A stretch of DNA of 64,000 nt from positions 24,304,001 through 24,368,000 of the forward strand of contig NC_042999.1 of assembly GCF_006345805.1 (NCBI RefSeq). The letters are read 5' to 3'. Source of the DNA: Octopus sinensis. Lineage: Eukaryota. How positions within the stretch are numbered: position 1 is the stretch's first letter; each line of letters opens with the position of its first letter. Shown in pieces: positions 1 through 13,844 of the stretch. The notes beneath the pieces are model-generated. The model was not told the DNA's origin. It was given only the letters and a program-made list of their open reading frames with translations, and did not search any database. A program made the position numbers and the translations under genes.

Positions 1-264
1 GTTTCGATTCCCAGATTGGGCGTTGTGTGTGTTTATTGAGCGAAAGCATCTAAAGCTCCACGAAGCTCCAACAGGGGGGGGGGCGACTCCTGTTGTACTC
101 TTTCGCTCCAACTTTCTCTCACTCTTTCTTCCTGTTTCTAGAGTTACGCTGCGATGGACTGGCGTCCCGTCCATTTGGGGGGAGGGGACACATACGCCAT
201 AGAAACCTGGAAACCGGGCCCATGAACCTTGCTAGGCTTGAAAAGGGCGCATAAAAAAAATAAA
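1..264 (+). mobile_element. tRNA-derived SINE, family B (cut by window edge)
   Basis: B-box-like GTTTCGATTCC; body and tail (gcgatggactggcgtcccgtcc...aaagggcgcat) shared with copies at 12628, 40725 and 44422. Confidence 0.8.
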
Positions 265-1035
265 CACAAAGACAAAACGGAACAGAGAATACAAAACCAG
301 AGGTAAGCGGAGATACGAGGGCAGGATGTCATCGAAGAGGTCACGGAATGTGTGAAAAAAGAACTCTGACAAATAAACAACAAATGACAATAAAGGTTAA
401 GTGAAGATCAGTAAACACTGCCTGCGTTTATTGGTAAAATGACCGTCCCCAAATATAACAAAGTCCGTTTCAACACATGATGTCACATCAAGAATCTTGC
501 AGAACAAATTCATGAACGCATATTATTGTAAATGTACAAAGTTAACACAATTTTTAAGAAAGAAGTGTGCTGAAGTTTAACAAGCGCTACGGGGGAATGC
601 CCTGTCGTTAAAAGCCTAGTATAGCTATTTTTAAAATATACTTTTCTGTATCTTTCTAGAAAACTTGCCAGTAGTTGTTAGAGTTATATGTGTGTATAAT
701 TTTAGGTATGTTAATTACAAATGAGATAATAGTCGCATTCCTTGACTGCCATATTTTTTTAATTCTACAGTTAGTTCTGTGTATTTTCTAAACTTCTCAG
801 CTGACATCTGCACAATATTGGTTTCGAGTTCTGGAAGAAGGCCAGCAATTATGGAAGAGGGTGTAAGTTGATTACTTTAACCCCAGTGCTCAAATGGTAT
901 GTATTCTATCGCTCCCATAAGGTTGAAGGTCAAAGTTCGATTCTGACGGCATATGAACTCAAACCGTCAAATCCAAAGAAATGCTGCTCAGCATTTGGTC
1001 TGGCACCGAAACGGTTCCGCCAGCTCGCCGTCTTA

Positions 1036-1250
1036 ATTATCCTTTCTACTATAGGCAAAAAGCCTGAAATTTGGGGGAGATGACTAGTCGGTTACATCGA
1101 CGCCCCAATGTTTCACTAGCACTTATTTTATCGACCCCGAAACGATGAAAAGCAAAGTCGACCTCGGCGAAATTTGAACTCAGAACGTAGTAGCAAACGA
1201 AATACGCTATGCATTTCGCCCGGCGTGCTATCAATTCTACCAGCTCGCCG
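1036..1250 (-). mobile_element. SINE family A, alternative (A2) tail
   Basis: Head ggcgagctgg, conserved block gtcgactttgc..ttcat..tttcggggtcgataaa, tail aaatttcaggc..tgcctatagtagaaagg. Confidence 0.8.
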
Positions 1251-1253
1251 AAT

Positions 1254-1353
1254 NNNNNNNNNNNNNNNNNNNNNNNNNNNNNNNNNNNNNNNNNNNNNNN
1301 NNNNNNNNNNNNNNNNNNNNNNNNNNNNNNNNNNNNNNNNNNNNNNNNNNNNN
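1254..1353. other. Assembly gap (100 N)
   Basis: Run of 100 n inside a SINE A cluster. Confidence 0.99.
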
Positions 1354-2011
1354 TTTACTACTCACAGGGGCTAAACACAAAGCGGACAAACAAGGACAGA
1401 CAAACGGATTAAGTTGATTATATCGACACCAGTGCGTAACTGGTACTTAATTTATCGACCCCGAAAGGATGAAAGGCTAAGTCGACCTCGGCGGCATTTG
1501 AAATCAGAAAGTAACGGCAGACGAAATACCTATTTCTTTACTACCCACAAGGGGCTAAATACAGAAAGGACAAACAAGGACAGACAAACGGATTATGTCG
1601 ATTACATCGACCCCAGTGCCTAACTGGTACTTAATTTATCGACCCGGAAAGGATGAATGGCAAAGTCGAACTCGGCAGAATTTGAACTCAGAACGTAACG
1701 ACAGACGAAATACCTATTTCTTTACTACCCACAAGGGGCTAAACACAGAGAGGACAAACAAGGATAGACAAACGGATTAAGTCTATTATATCGGCCTCAG
1801 TGCGTAACTGGTACTTAATATATCGACTCCGAAAGGATGAAAGGCAAAGTCGACCTCAGGGAAATTTGAACTCAGAACGTAGCGGCAAACGAAATACCGC
1901 TATGCATCTCGCCCGGTGTGCTAACGTTTCTTATTTCTTTACTGTCCACAAGGGGCTAGACACAGAGGGGACAAACAAGGACAGACAACGTTTCTACCAG
2001 CTCGCCGCCTT
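1354..2011 (-). mobile_element. Tandem array of SINE family A units
   Basis: Repeated ~185-bp units joined at gaaatag|gtatttcgtc; head ggcggcgagctggtagaaacg at the right end. Confidence 0.85.
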
Positions 2012-2435
2012 TTTAGTGGCGTCCGGAAACCGTATTTTTTTCCTGTAACCAGCGGCAATGTGACTCCATATGACTGGCTTCTTCTCACAGTGCGTGACAC
2101 TACCTGAAACCCGATACGTCGAATACCACCTCACCCTTGGCCGTCTAAAAGCCTTGATTTCCTCTTAGGGTCTACGTCCTAGCCTTTGTTGTTGCGGATT
2201 CACACACTACGCAGGCAACAAGGCTGATATAGAGAGACGTATCAGAGCGTATTACTAGGGCAGATTAGATCATAGCGTCTCTGGGGTCTGTTGCCTCTCC
2301 GATATACCCTGCTAAGTTACCCTAAGGTAGCAAAGCACTCAGTTACCGTGTGTAAGTGAAGGGATGCTTTGCAGGATTCTGGGTGAGGGAAAAGATGTGC
2401 GCTGCTAACAGGGAAGACTCACACGCTAGGATGTG

Positions 2436-2436
2436 T

Positions 2437-2474
<38 letters not shown>

Positions 2475-2791
2475 GAGAGAGACCGTGTGTGTGTGCTTGC
2501 GCGCGCGCATGAGTGTGTGCGTACACCAACCCACATACGTATGTATGTATGTATGTATGTATATATATATATGCAAACATGTATATACATCTATATACAT
2601 ACATATGCACACATATATATACATACATACGCACACATATATACACTCGCAGATATGTATATATATATATATCATGTGTATATATATATAATATATATAT
2701 ATATTGTAATAAACATGAAGCACGCATATACATATATGCAGATTAATTATATATATATATATATATATATATTTGTGTGTGTGGTGTGTGT

Positions 2792-2826
<35 letters not shown>

Positions 2827-3005
2827 CGTATGTGTATATATAGTGGGTGGGTATATATACCAGGCGAGAGCAAAATTCGGTCAAATACTTAGAGTTGGGT
2901 AAGGTAGATTTATGTGAAGACGATAACGATGATTGAATTTCTAATTTTCTCTTCAGACAACACCCACCCACCCTTCAGCACCCACCTAGACAGGCACAAA
3001 CTACA

Positions 3006-3046
<41 letters not shown>

Positions 3047-3240
3047 GGCACATTTGTAAATATGTTTAACACACATATTTATGCACTCACGTGTGGGTTT
3101 GTGACTACGGGTGTTTGTATTATGTTAGTGCGTGTGTATATGTGTATGTATGGGGGTGTTTTTATTTGTGCGTATGCGTGTGTGTGTTCGTGTGTGTCTG
3201 TGTGTTTTTGTGTGTACGTGTGTACGTGTGTGTGTGTGCA
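2436..3240. repeat. Compound microsatellites (CA, TA, TATG, TG)
   Basis: Visible directly; explains the H/T/Y/I/V/C-rich pseudo-ORFs. Confidence 0.95.
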
Positions 3241-4109
3241 CAGCAGCTGAACTCGTTGAGTAACCGCAATCTACCTCCAACCAGGGGCGGGGTCTTGTTT
3301 TCCTTGGCGCTCTGTCAAAAGAAATGCGAAAGCTTTAAACAAATCTAAATAATAGATGCAAGTATTCACGATTCCTGCTTGTCAATGTTTGCTGGTGTTG
3401 CTGAGGCTGATGCTGCCGCTGTTTCGTGATGTTGTTGCTGCTGCTGCTGCTGTTGTTTCTGCTGCTGTACTACGCAACTGTTGATGCTTATAACTTTATT
3501 CATCATCTACGGCCATTGTATGCGTGTACATGTATGTATATGTGTGTGTGTTCTATTTCATCGTTTTGTATTATCAATGTTAAACATGCCAGTAATGAAG
3601 GTTTATTTGACTAGTTCATCGTTCGTTGGAAATCACCCTATTTATTATGTTACTCTATGAAGATTACATCACGGCGGCCATTGTTTGCACGTACCAATCA
3701 ATCTGTGTATATATCGATCTACTTAATTATATTTCTGCACACATATACACACATATATATACACACACACACACGCGCATACACATATATTGCTGTTAGT
3801 TTTTCTCTCGAGATGCTATAAACACAATTTTACATTAAACTGAAGTATTACACAATAGTCTTTGCAGAGTATATATTTATTATTCATTTACTGGAAGAGT
3901 GTTGACAGTGACTTCGAAATTACGACCCGCTGACCATCAAAGTCACGGTCAATATTATTCATGTAACAGAAATATATATATATATATATACATACCTACA
4001 TACACACACACACACCACATTTATGTATATACATATAGATAAAGAGATTGATTGCTTGATAGGTAGGTAGATAGACAGACAGAACAGATAGATTGATAGA
4101 TATAAATAT

Positions 4110-4187
<78 letters not shown>

Positions 4188-4203
4188 ATATATAGATAGA
4201 TAG

Positions 4204-4236
<33 letters not shown>

Positions 4237-4280
4237 TAGATAGACAAACAGACAAAAAGACAGACAGATAGATAGATATG

Positions 4281-6051
4281 TTTTCTTTATTAGCCACACA
4301 GGGCTGCACACAGATAGAACAAATTACAAGGTAGAGCTTTTCTTTTGAAGGTTTAAAAAAAAAAAAGGAAGGGGAGTTTCGATCAAAAGGGATCGTAAAA
4401 GGAGAGAAAGAGGACAAAAAAGGGGGGTTAAAAAAAAGGGGGAGAGGAAAAAAATTGATCAATAGGGATATCTTATCACAGAATGTCAATATGAAGTGTA
4501 AGGGGAGGACAGGTGAGGTTTACCGTGGAAAGAAAAGCCTACGGAAAAGACCACGGTAACCTCGGTCAATGGAGTCACATGTTATATTTCTTTTTTTTTT
4601 TTTGGGAATAAGCAACTCTCTGTTTTCAATTTTTGGGTTCATAGGTTCATGCTCAAGGTGGCTTTGTCATTCATACGTGCCATTCTTGCTACATTCATCC
4701 ATCTTTTTTTAAAACATTCGCTAGACAAACCTTGCCTCTCTACTCTCACTTTCCTTTTCAAGTGGTACTTGAAGAAGTTGATGAGAGATTGACCAGAGAG
4801 GAAAGTGTTTGTCTCCAATCCTTTCAGACGCGTCCACCAGATACATTCTCTCGCCATAGCCACAAGGATGATGAAAATAGCTCTTCCTTCCCGTTTGAAG
4901 GAGGGAGGCGTGACAATATTGACGATAGACTCAGCTGATAAACCGACTCGTCCCACACGTGACAGCAGTTGTTCGACATAAGCCCACAGGTCGGAAGTGT
5001 TGGACACTGCACGAGTGCGTGCAGAACGTTTCGTCGCTCTGACCGCATCTCGGGCAGGTCGGCCCCGTGTTTCTCGAGCCGTGTCTGTAGAGCTTATCCC
5101 GAACGGGTAGCGCTTCTCGGTAGCACTGCCAGGCCAGGGATCTCTGGAAGTTGTCCATGGGCCCTGGCCCGAAAGTCGTCCTGAACAGGCGGGTCAGGTA
5201 CTCCTCGTTGACGTCCAGGTTCGCCCCGAGCTCGTCGTCGTACCTCCCCTCCACTAAACCCCTATAGAATGCTTTGGTTGTGTTGAAGTCACTCAAGGTC
5301 GACCCAGGACGGCAGAGGGCTTGAAGCAACGCGACACTCGCGGTGCCATTCGCCCTCTTCGGCCTCTTTTTGATCCACGACTGCAGTTCGGTCATGGAGA
5401 CGAGCTGCGGGAAAGCGTGCCTCACAAACGGCGACCACACCTGTTCACCGTCGTCTACATAGAGCCAGAGATGTCGCAGTCTCAGCGCGTGTCTGCGCAT
5501 CATCAACCACGGCATGCCCAGCCCTCCTTTTAACGGGTGTTGACAGCAAATGGATCGCCTGACCATCGGGACGCATCCTTTCCACAAGAAGCGAAAGAGA
5601 ATGCGTTGTAGTTTGGTGATGGTAGGATCGGGACAAGGTACGACGGTCAGGCGGTAGTAGATGGACGGACGCGATGTACGTGTTCGCCACCTCCGCCCGA
5701 CCTTTTAGGGACAGTTTCCTCTCGGCCCATTGCCGGGCGAGAGTGACCACCCTACTCGTTATCTCGTTCCAGTTCTTCTCCACTTGGAGGTCCGGACTAA
5801 CCAGACCCCGAGCAACTCAACCGGGGCCGTCGGTCCAGCGTCCCACGACGGAGGCGCTGGTGGACGGCATGGGCTTGCTTCTCCAGGTGCCTAGTCGCAA
5901 GCCCACTGACTTTTCCCGGTGATTTTCGCTCCTGTCACCGTTCAGTTTTTCAGTGTCTCGCCGACCTGCTCGATGTGCTCGTGGCTAGACACTATGACGG
6001 TGACGTCGTCCGCGTATGCAGACACGCTCGTCTCGCATCCCAGTTCTCGCG
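4281..6051 (-). mobile_element. 5'-truncated Tx1/L1-clade LINE (RT C-terminal half, zf-RVT-like region, 3' UTR), frameshifted
   Basis: VSAYADDVTVIV RT motif; WAERKLSLKGRAEVANTYI; FQRSLAWQCYREALPVRDKL..CPRCGQSDET; stop at 4639; 3' UTR ends AATAAAGAAA; (GATA)n on both sides. Confidence 0.88.
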
Positions 6052-6068
6052 GATAGATAGATAGATAG

Positions 6069-6129
<61 letters not shown>

Positions 6130-6507
6130 TAGATAAGTTTGTTGATGTAAGCAGGAGAATGGAACGGCAAGAATAATTACATAAATGTTTATTTTTCATC
6201 AACAATTGGCAGAATTTACAGAGTAACTCAAGGGCCAAGTGTGACTCAAGGGCCGTTCATTAATGTAGAGATAGATAAAGGCCAATATAAGAAACTCCCG
6301 GCGCTTTGGTTACTCAGTAACATCTGCCGATTGGGTACGGAAATATGTCATTGTGGTTATGAAGTCCACTTCGCAGCCTTGTCTGTTCGTGTTCAATCTC
6401 ACTGAGTGACACATTGTCTTCAAATATGGCCCTGTGCCGATCGATGTTTTGTAAGTGAACTTAGTAGTATAATATATAGTATATGCGAATATATATATAT
6501 ATATTAT

Positions 6508-6570
<63 letters not shown>

Positions 6571-6699
6571 ATATGGTGGCTGCCCCCTCGTTATTGAGTA
6601 TGGCCATTGCGCGAAGCTTAATCAATGTTGTTATCGTGCAATGCCTGTGCCAGAATATTTTTTTAAAGTGAGGAAAGGCTGTGCACTGAGTCAATCCCA

Positions 6700-7068
6700 C
6701 TCACTAAGCAATAGCAGCCATAATCCGAAAAGAATAACACGTCAACATCATCGGTAACCACTGAGCCGCAGGTTTTATGTCGGAGTTATCCCAGTTACCT
6801 GAGTTACCTTCTCCTAGAAGGATGCCCTAACAAAGGCTAGGAGTCCTTCAATCCCAATGGTTTAACCACGCGATCGGGTATTCAGTCCGATTATTTCTAT
6901 GTCCCTGCGCATGATCCAGCCTTAAGACATTTATTGGATGGCCGTTGACTCTCAAGAGTTCCTCCGCCCTTTGACGGGTTTTGTTTTTCATTCCGCAGGG
7001 TGTCCAATAAACACCCTCCTCACCAAGCAAGCTTAGTGGGATTGCAGGTTTAGTCGCCGACGACCCGA
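6700..7068. mobile_element. Probable old retroelement UTR fragment (RTE-like, from recall)
   Basis: GC-richer non-coding island containing cttctcctagaaggatgccctaacaaaggctagg, recalled as RTE-associated; not verified. Confidence 0.3.
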
Positions 7069-7069
7069 C

Positions 7070-7112
<43 letters not shown>

Positions 7113-7607
7113 CACACACAAACGCATACTCGCCCACACAATACACACGTGGAGATGAATGTGAGTAAGAATGTAAGAATACAGGAATAAATATAAACTT
7201 TGCTGAACAAAGTATTTCGATGACCTTTTTCATATCAATCACGTACTGGGGGGTCGATATTATTGACTAACGCCCTTCTCACAAATTTCTGGCTAAAGCT
7301 TATATTCGTTGCTCTTGGTACATTTTTGCTAATTTATGCACTAGAATTATAATAAATGTACATATATTAAATCAGCCGCAGGCGTATAGACAAAAAAACA
7401 AAGGACATATGAATAAAGCGTAAATTTTATGGTAGACAAATGTCACTAGCAGAACGTTAAGCGTTTGTCATGGCAAACAACTTTATCTCAAGCATCAAGT
7501 ACCGGTTCTTAACAGATAATTTGCACGCCATCGGTTACGAAGACGAGGGTCTCTGATTTATCCGATCGAGGGAACTGCTTGCTCATGAAATTAACATGCA
7601 GATAGAT

Positions 7608-7653
<46 letters not shown>

Positions 7654-7670
7654 GGATGGATGGATGGATG

Positions 7671-7743
<73 letters not shown>

Positions 7744-7845
7744 GTAGGTAGGTAGGTAGGTAGGTAGGTAGGTAGGTAGATAGATAGATAGAAGAATATT
7801 TTTAAAATGCAATATATAACGTCTGCATCAGTTGTTGTGCGTACA

Positions 7846-7860
7846 TGACGTCACTTCCTG
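7846..7860 (-). promoter_or_regulatory. Overlapping ETS-CRE composite motif CAGGAAGTGACGTCA
   Basis: Exact TGACGTCA overlapping TTCCTG in unique sequence; function unproven. Confidence 0.25.
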
Positions 7861-8639
7861 TATGCCCAAATATAGCTATTCACCAGGAATGAAGCCCCAT
7901 CTGCAAGGTTGTTGGAAACTTGTAGAGTAAAGCAACATTCCTTGCCAAAGCAAACTGTTTATAAGACGTGTACTAAACGTTGGCTCGAAAATTCTTTCGC
8001 TTAACATGTAACTTAACGACGAAATCCAAATATAAAATAGAGATGCTTGTTTTGGGAGATGTAAAGCTTTAAAACATGACGAAGTGAAGAAAAAGCTCAT
8101 TTTGTTTGTTTTACTTGCATTACACTTAAATAAACAGTATGTTGAACAAGTAACAACTCTCTTGATAATATTCCCTTTTTTAAAGACATTTTAACTGTTT
8201 CAAGAGAGTTGCAGATTCGAATTGTGTTTACATAACTTTAGCAATGATGCTGATATTTCTGCCGTCACTTCATGAGGCGATAATGGTAATAATGGCTATG
8301 ATGGTTGTACGAAAATGAGGATGTATAATACCCGGTTGAGTACATGCAATTATTTTTATCGACCTTAATAGGACGATAAGGCAGTGAAATGGGTAACTGA
8401 ATAACATTCGGTAAATCGTATTACATAATCATTCCACATAATCAAATAAATTATGTTTACAATATAAACATATTTTATCTTTTCTGGAAGGAAATTTGGA
8501 CTTAAAAAAAGCAACAAGAAACTTGTTAAAGAAAAAGAAAAGCATATTATCAGCAACTAAAATTATTATCCAAGACTTTGATTCTTCTTCGTATTTTCAT
8601 ATCTAGTGTTGCTGAATACATGTCTAGCTGTTTGTCTGT

Positions 8640-8697
8640 ATGACTATCTATCTATCTACCTATCTCTCTATCAACATTATATAGATATATATATATA

Positions 8698-8735
<38 letters not shown>

Positions 8736-8819
8736 TATATATAATATTAGATATATATATATATATATAATTCATATAATAAATATAAATATTATATACA
8801 TACATATAATGTATATATA

Positions 8820-8856
<37 letters not shown>

Positions 8857-8869
8857 CATACATATGATG

Positions 8870-8904
<35 letters not shown>

Positions 8905-9006
8905 TTATATATGTGTATATATATATAGTTATATATATGTATAGATATAATATATTTGTGTATGTATATGTATGTTTTTGTGTGTATATGTGTGCGTGTG
9001 AGTGTG

Positions 9007-9053
<47 letters not shown>

Positions 9054-9095
9054 TTGATAAATGTATATAGAAATACACACGCACACGCACACATG
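8640..9095. repeat. (TA)n/(TATG)n compound microsatellite
   Basis: Visible directly. Confidence 0.95.
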
Positions 9096-10322
9096 TATAT
9101 CTCTGTTTTTTGCTTTTTTTTGTATTTTTGTTTTATTTTATTTCCTTCTGAATCTCTCCTGCTTTCTTCGACTTTCTCACCCTCTCTTCGGACACATTCC
9201 CTTCTCTCGGCAGAATTATTTATGGTAAATATAACGAAAAACAAATATTATGAGATTTCAATATCCTAACTGAAATAAACAACGAAATTGTTTATTTAGG
9301 ACCGTAAATCTTAGATTAAACAATAAATGTTTTCTAATCAACTTTGCTTCAGACGGCAATCTCAGTATTACAAGAATATAGGGTACAATGGTTAGATATC
9401 TATTTAGAATAACTGGTGGCCGTCTGCTTACTCTCTTACTCTTTTACTCTTTTACTTATTAAAATTTATCCATAGTAGAATTTATATATAAAAAAATTTA
9501 ATGAGCTAGTTTGCCGCAAGGAGTAAAAAAATTTTTTAAAAAGAATCATTGTAACTTTTCGGACATTTGCACTTCTTCACTCTAAAGAAATGAAAGTACT
9601 CAAAAATTGAGATTTTTGTTCAGTTTACGTTTGACTAACTTAGGGAATAGTTATTGAGAAAATGTTATCTTGACAGATAAGATATTGCCGTTTACTAGAT
9701 GTATCAATTTTACTTTAAGGTCAACTTTAAATTTCATTATATCGAGTTAATTATATATGATTCTGATGGGTTCTGAATTGATTTAATCAATTAAACAGAT
9801 GCTTCTGTCAAAAATCAACATGTCTATCTCAACTATCTTTCTAGATATGTACCCCGCGTTTCTCACCCTCTCACCGTATATATATATGTGTGTATGTGCG
9901 CGTGTGTGCGTATGTGTATTCACACATCCATGTATACGCACTCTTGTATGTATGGATGTCCTGTTCTTGTTACCACTTTCACCATCCGCAAAATATCCCA
10001 AATTTTATTTAATTTGCTTTGCGGGAAGGACTATTTCAACAAAGTCGCGTATTGCCCTTACCTTCAAAACGCGGAGTAGATGAAACAGGGACAACTGATG
10101 AAGGGAAACGTTCTTTTGGTTGCATGTCTCGTTTCTCTGTTTTTTTTCGTTGTTCAAAAAAGTTCGTTTCTATGTTTTTGTTTTTATGTTTTCGTTTCTC
10201 ATTTTGTTCAAAGTTTTTTTGATGTCCTGTACCATATATGCATGTATATATACATTTATATGTAGGTATGTACATATGTCTATGTATATATGCATATATA
10301 TTATATATTATTTATATTATAT

Positions 10323-10370
<48 letters not shown>

Positions 10371-10944
10371 ATATATATATATATATATACTTATATATGT
10401 ATAAATATGTGTGTCTGTGTCTCTGTGTGCGTGTGCGTCTGTGTGTTTGTTTGCGTTTATGCATGCGTGGTATATTTGCGTGTTGCTTATCAGTGGTGTA
10501 TATATTTATACAGGCATTAGTTTTAATAGCACATAATTTCAGAAATGCATATAATTTTTCCAAGAACAAGTGATTATTGAACAGTTAACACCAATTATCC
10601 CCACCCTCCATCACAATAATGAACATCCTTATCCAGTACTAATCCTGATACAGTTTAGTACCATCTCATCTTTCTAAATGCGTCATAAAGATAATTTTGA
10701 ATGTGGTGTTAACGACCCAATTTGCTCCACTTCATCTCCTCCACAACTTGCAGCCATATTATAAAAAAATAACAAAAACATGAACTATAGAAACTAAACC
10801 CACACGTACATGGAGAACAAATGAATCAATGGGAAAATATGTAAACATAATCACAACCGTAGCAAACCATTACAATACTACAAAACCCCCGAAAACTTTA
10901 TCTATAGCTAAAAGAAGAGCAGCCAAAACGCACAAAATTCCCTA

Positions 10945-11245
10945 TGGAGGCACATGGCCTAGTGGTTAGAGCAGCGGACACGCGGTCGAGGGATCGCGGG
11001 TTCGGATCTCAGACCGGGCGATGTGTGTGTTTATGAGTGGATCACCTAAGCTCCACGCGGCTCCGGCAGAAGGTAAAGGCGAACTTCTGGTGACTCTTTC
11101 GCCACCACTTTCTCTCACTCTTTCTTCCTGCATCTTGGGGCTCACCTGCGACGGACCGGCCTCCCGTCCAGGTGGGGAACCTATACGCCAAGGAAACCGG
11201 GAAACCGGCACTTATGAGCCAGGCATGGCTCGAGAAGGAACAAAA
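10945..11245 (+). mobile_element. Full-length tRNA-derived SINE family B (gaaggaacaaa tail variant)
   Basis: A box TGGCCTAGTGG, B box GGTTCGGATC; copies at 23987, 35445 and 38017. Confidence 0.88.
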
Positions 11246-11994
11246 ATCCCTCCTTCTGAATTTCACAACTTTAATGTAACCAATCGTTCGATTATTGACA
11301 CTTGGGGGTAGAAATTCTATGTGGCTCTTCAAGATAATTGATAAACACCTAGAATGCTCTTCAACATTAAAGGTGCTGAATTATTATCGAACTGAATATG
11401 GGAGAGCGCAGTAATTTCAGGCAAAAACTCACTAATTTCCGATCGAATATCGCTGCAATAACGAGTATTCCCCAAACACGTATTTCACATTAAATGTTCC
11501 GACTATAGCAATATAATATGATTGAATTTCCATTCTTCTTTATCAATTTCGCTAAATATTTTCATGATATTTTTCTTTAAATATTTGTTATTTAAAAGCT
11601 TCGGGAACGAAAAAAAAAAAACACATTAATAATACATTAATTATACTTTTTAATTTTATTTCAGAAATTTACATGGCGTGGGTTGATGTACTATCAACGA
11701 TTCCGAGAAAGGGTCAATGATGTAAAATATTTACTGATTCCTCACTTAAACAACTCAAAGACAAATACAAACATAAATGGCTCATCTTAAAAAATGAGCA
11801 GATTGACTTTTGGAGAAAACTTCACGAGACGAATACATCATAGTGATACATTTACGCGCGCACGTAAACACGCAGACACACACACACACACACACAAATA
11901 CGCACACACACACACAGATACGTATACACACACACACACATACGCACACATACGCACACACACTCAAACACACACAGACAAACACTCACATGCA

Positions 11995-12545
11995 GGTCGA
12001 AATTCTTAGTGGTATTTTATCTGCTGCTACGTTCTGAGTTCAAATTCCGCCGAGGTCGACTTTGCCTTTCATCCTTTCGGGGTCGAATAAAATTAAGTAC
12101 CAGTTACGCACTGGTGTCGATTTAATCGACCTAATCCCATTCTCTGTCCTTGTTTGCCCACTCTATGTTTAGCCCCTTGTGGGTAGTAATGAAATAGGTA
12201 TTTGACCCGTTGCTACATTCTGAGTTCAAATTCCACCGAGGTCGACTTTTCCTTTCATCCATTCTGGGTCGATAAATTAAGCACCACTTGCGTACTGGGG
12301 TCGATCTAATCGACTGGCCCCTACCTCAAAATTTCGGGCATTGTACCTAGAGTAGAAAAGATTATTACTAAGACGGCGAGCTGGCAGAAGCGTTAGCGCG
12401 CTGGACGAAATGCTAGCGGTATTTCGCACGTCACTACGTTCTGAGTTCAAATTCTGATGAAGTCGGCATTGCCTTTCATCCTTTCAGGGTCGATAAGGTA
12501 AATACCAGCTAAACAGTAGGGTCGATGTGATTGAATAGCCTCTTG
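11995..12545 (+). mobile_element. SINE A cluster: A1-tail unit, headless A2-tail unit, then another headed copy
   Basis: Junction gaaataggtattt near 12192; A2 tail ends tagagtagaaaag near 12360; new head gacggcgagctggcag at 12372. Confidence 0.82.
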
Positions 12546-12589
12546 TAAAGTGGGCTTCTTAACACACAGCCATGCCTGCGCATATATGA

Positions 12590-12627
<38 letters not shown>

Positions 12628-12630
<3 letters not shown>

Positions 12631-12912
12631 GGCGCAATGGCCCAGTGGCTAGAGCAGCAGCTCGCGGTTTCGATTCCCAGACCCAGCGTTGTATGTGTTT
12701 ATTGAGAGAACGCACCTAAAGCTCCACGAGGCTCGTGTAGGGGTCGTTGGCGACCCCTGTTGTACTCTTTCGCCCCACTTTCTCTCACTGTCTCTTCTTG
12801 TTTCTTGAGTAACGCTGCGATGGACTGGCATCTCATCCAGCTGGGAGGAACACATACGCCACAGAAACCGGGAAAACGGGCCCATGAGCCTGGCTAGGCT
12901 TGAAAAGGGCGA
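12628..12912 (+). mobile_element. SINE family B
   Basis: tRNA-like head gaggcgcaatggcccagtgg; tail ggcttgaaaagggcg. Confidence 0.85.
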
Positions 12913-12946
12913 CGTTTATACATACATACATACATACATACATACA

Positions 12947-12982
<36 letters not shown>

Positions 12983-13033
12983 TACATACAATGAAATGAA
13001 AATCAAAAACGTTTATAAACTCGGCTATATATA

Positions 13034-13076
<43 letters not shown>

Positions 13077-13844
13077 ATAATATATATATATATATGAGTG
13101 TATGAGTGTGTGCGTCGTGTATAAGAAAGAGAGAGTTTGGGGGAGAAAGAGAGAGAGAGATAACGGAATCTATTTGATTGCAGTCAAGAATGTATAGCAA
13201 AATTCAGAGGTTTTGCTTTCAACTTCAGATAAATTTTTTTTCAGTTTCCCAAACGTTGCTCTTCCTCTATGATGCACAAATAAACCTACCATTGGAATAC
13301 AGCTTACATGTACATCGCTTCGTACTTCCTGCATGCATGTGCACACCTACACAGACGCACACACTCACATACATACACGCACGCATTCTGACACGTACGT
13401 GTATTCTCATTATTTAATAACTTGTACACTGAGTTCACTTGTCTGATAGACACGCTCCCATTAACACGCTATAAAAACAGGATATACACTGGCCTTTAAT
13501 TTACTTCTCCTTCCTACAGATTCTCATTTAGTCCTCCAAGCTAAGTGCATTATTCGACTCCTTGTCTCTGGGGCTTCTAGATACTGGGTGTCCCTTAATT
13601 TCTACATATTTCTTCTGAATAACACCAATTTATACTAATTCAATCTCAACACCATCGGTATCAACATCTGAAGGAACCCGGACGAATGAGTGAGCCGTTA
13701 CCCAGATAATCAGATGCTAGAAACAGCAGCTAAATATTGTTAACAATTACCAATTTTTTATTAAGCATTCGCTCGTTACAAGGTCCTTAGACCACTGAAA
13801 ACGTAAGAGCTACTAGAATAGAATGGACGCTAGGCATAAGTCAA

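Noticed and set aside
10060-10130. gatgaaacagggacaactgatgaagggaaacg as a hammerhead
   Set aside because: CUGAUGA and GAAA are present, but there is no room for stem II and no stem I/III pairing; at most a decayed relic (similar motif at 46290)
10945-11020. tRNA genes at SINE heads
   Set aside because: They have A and B boxes only, no full cloverleaf, and continue into SINE bodies
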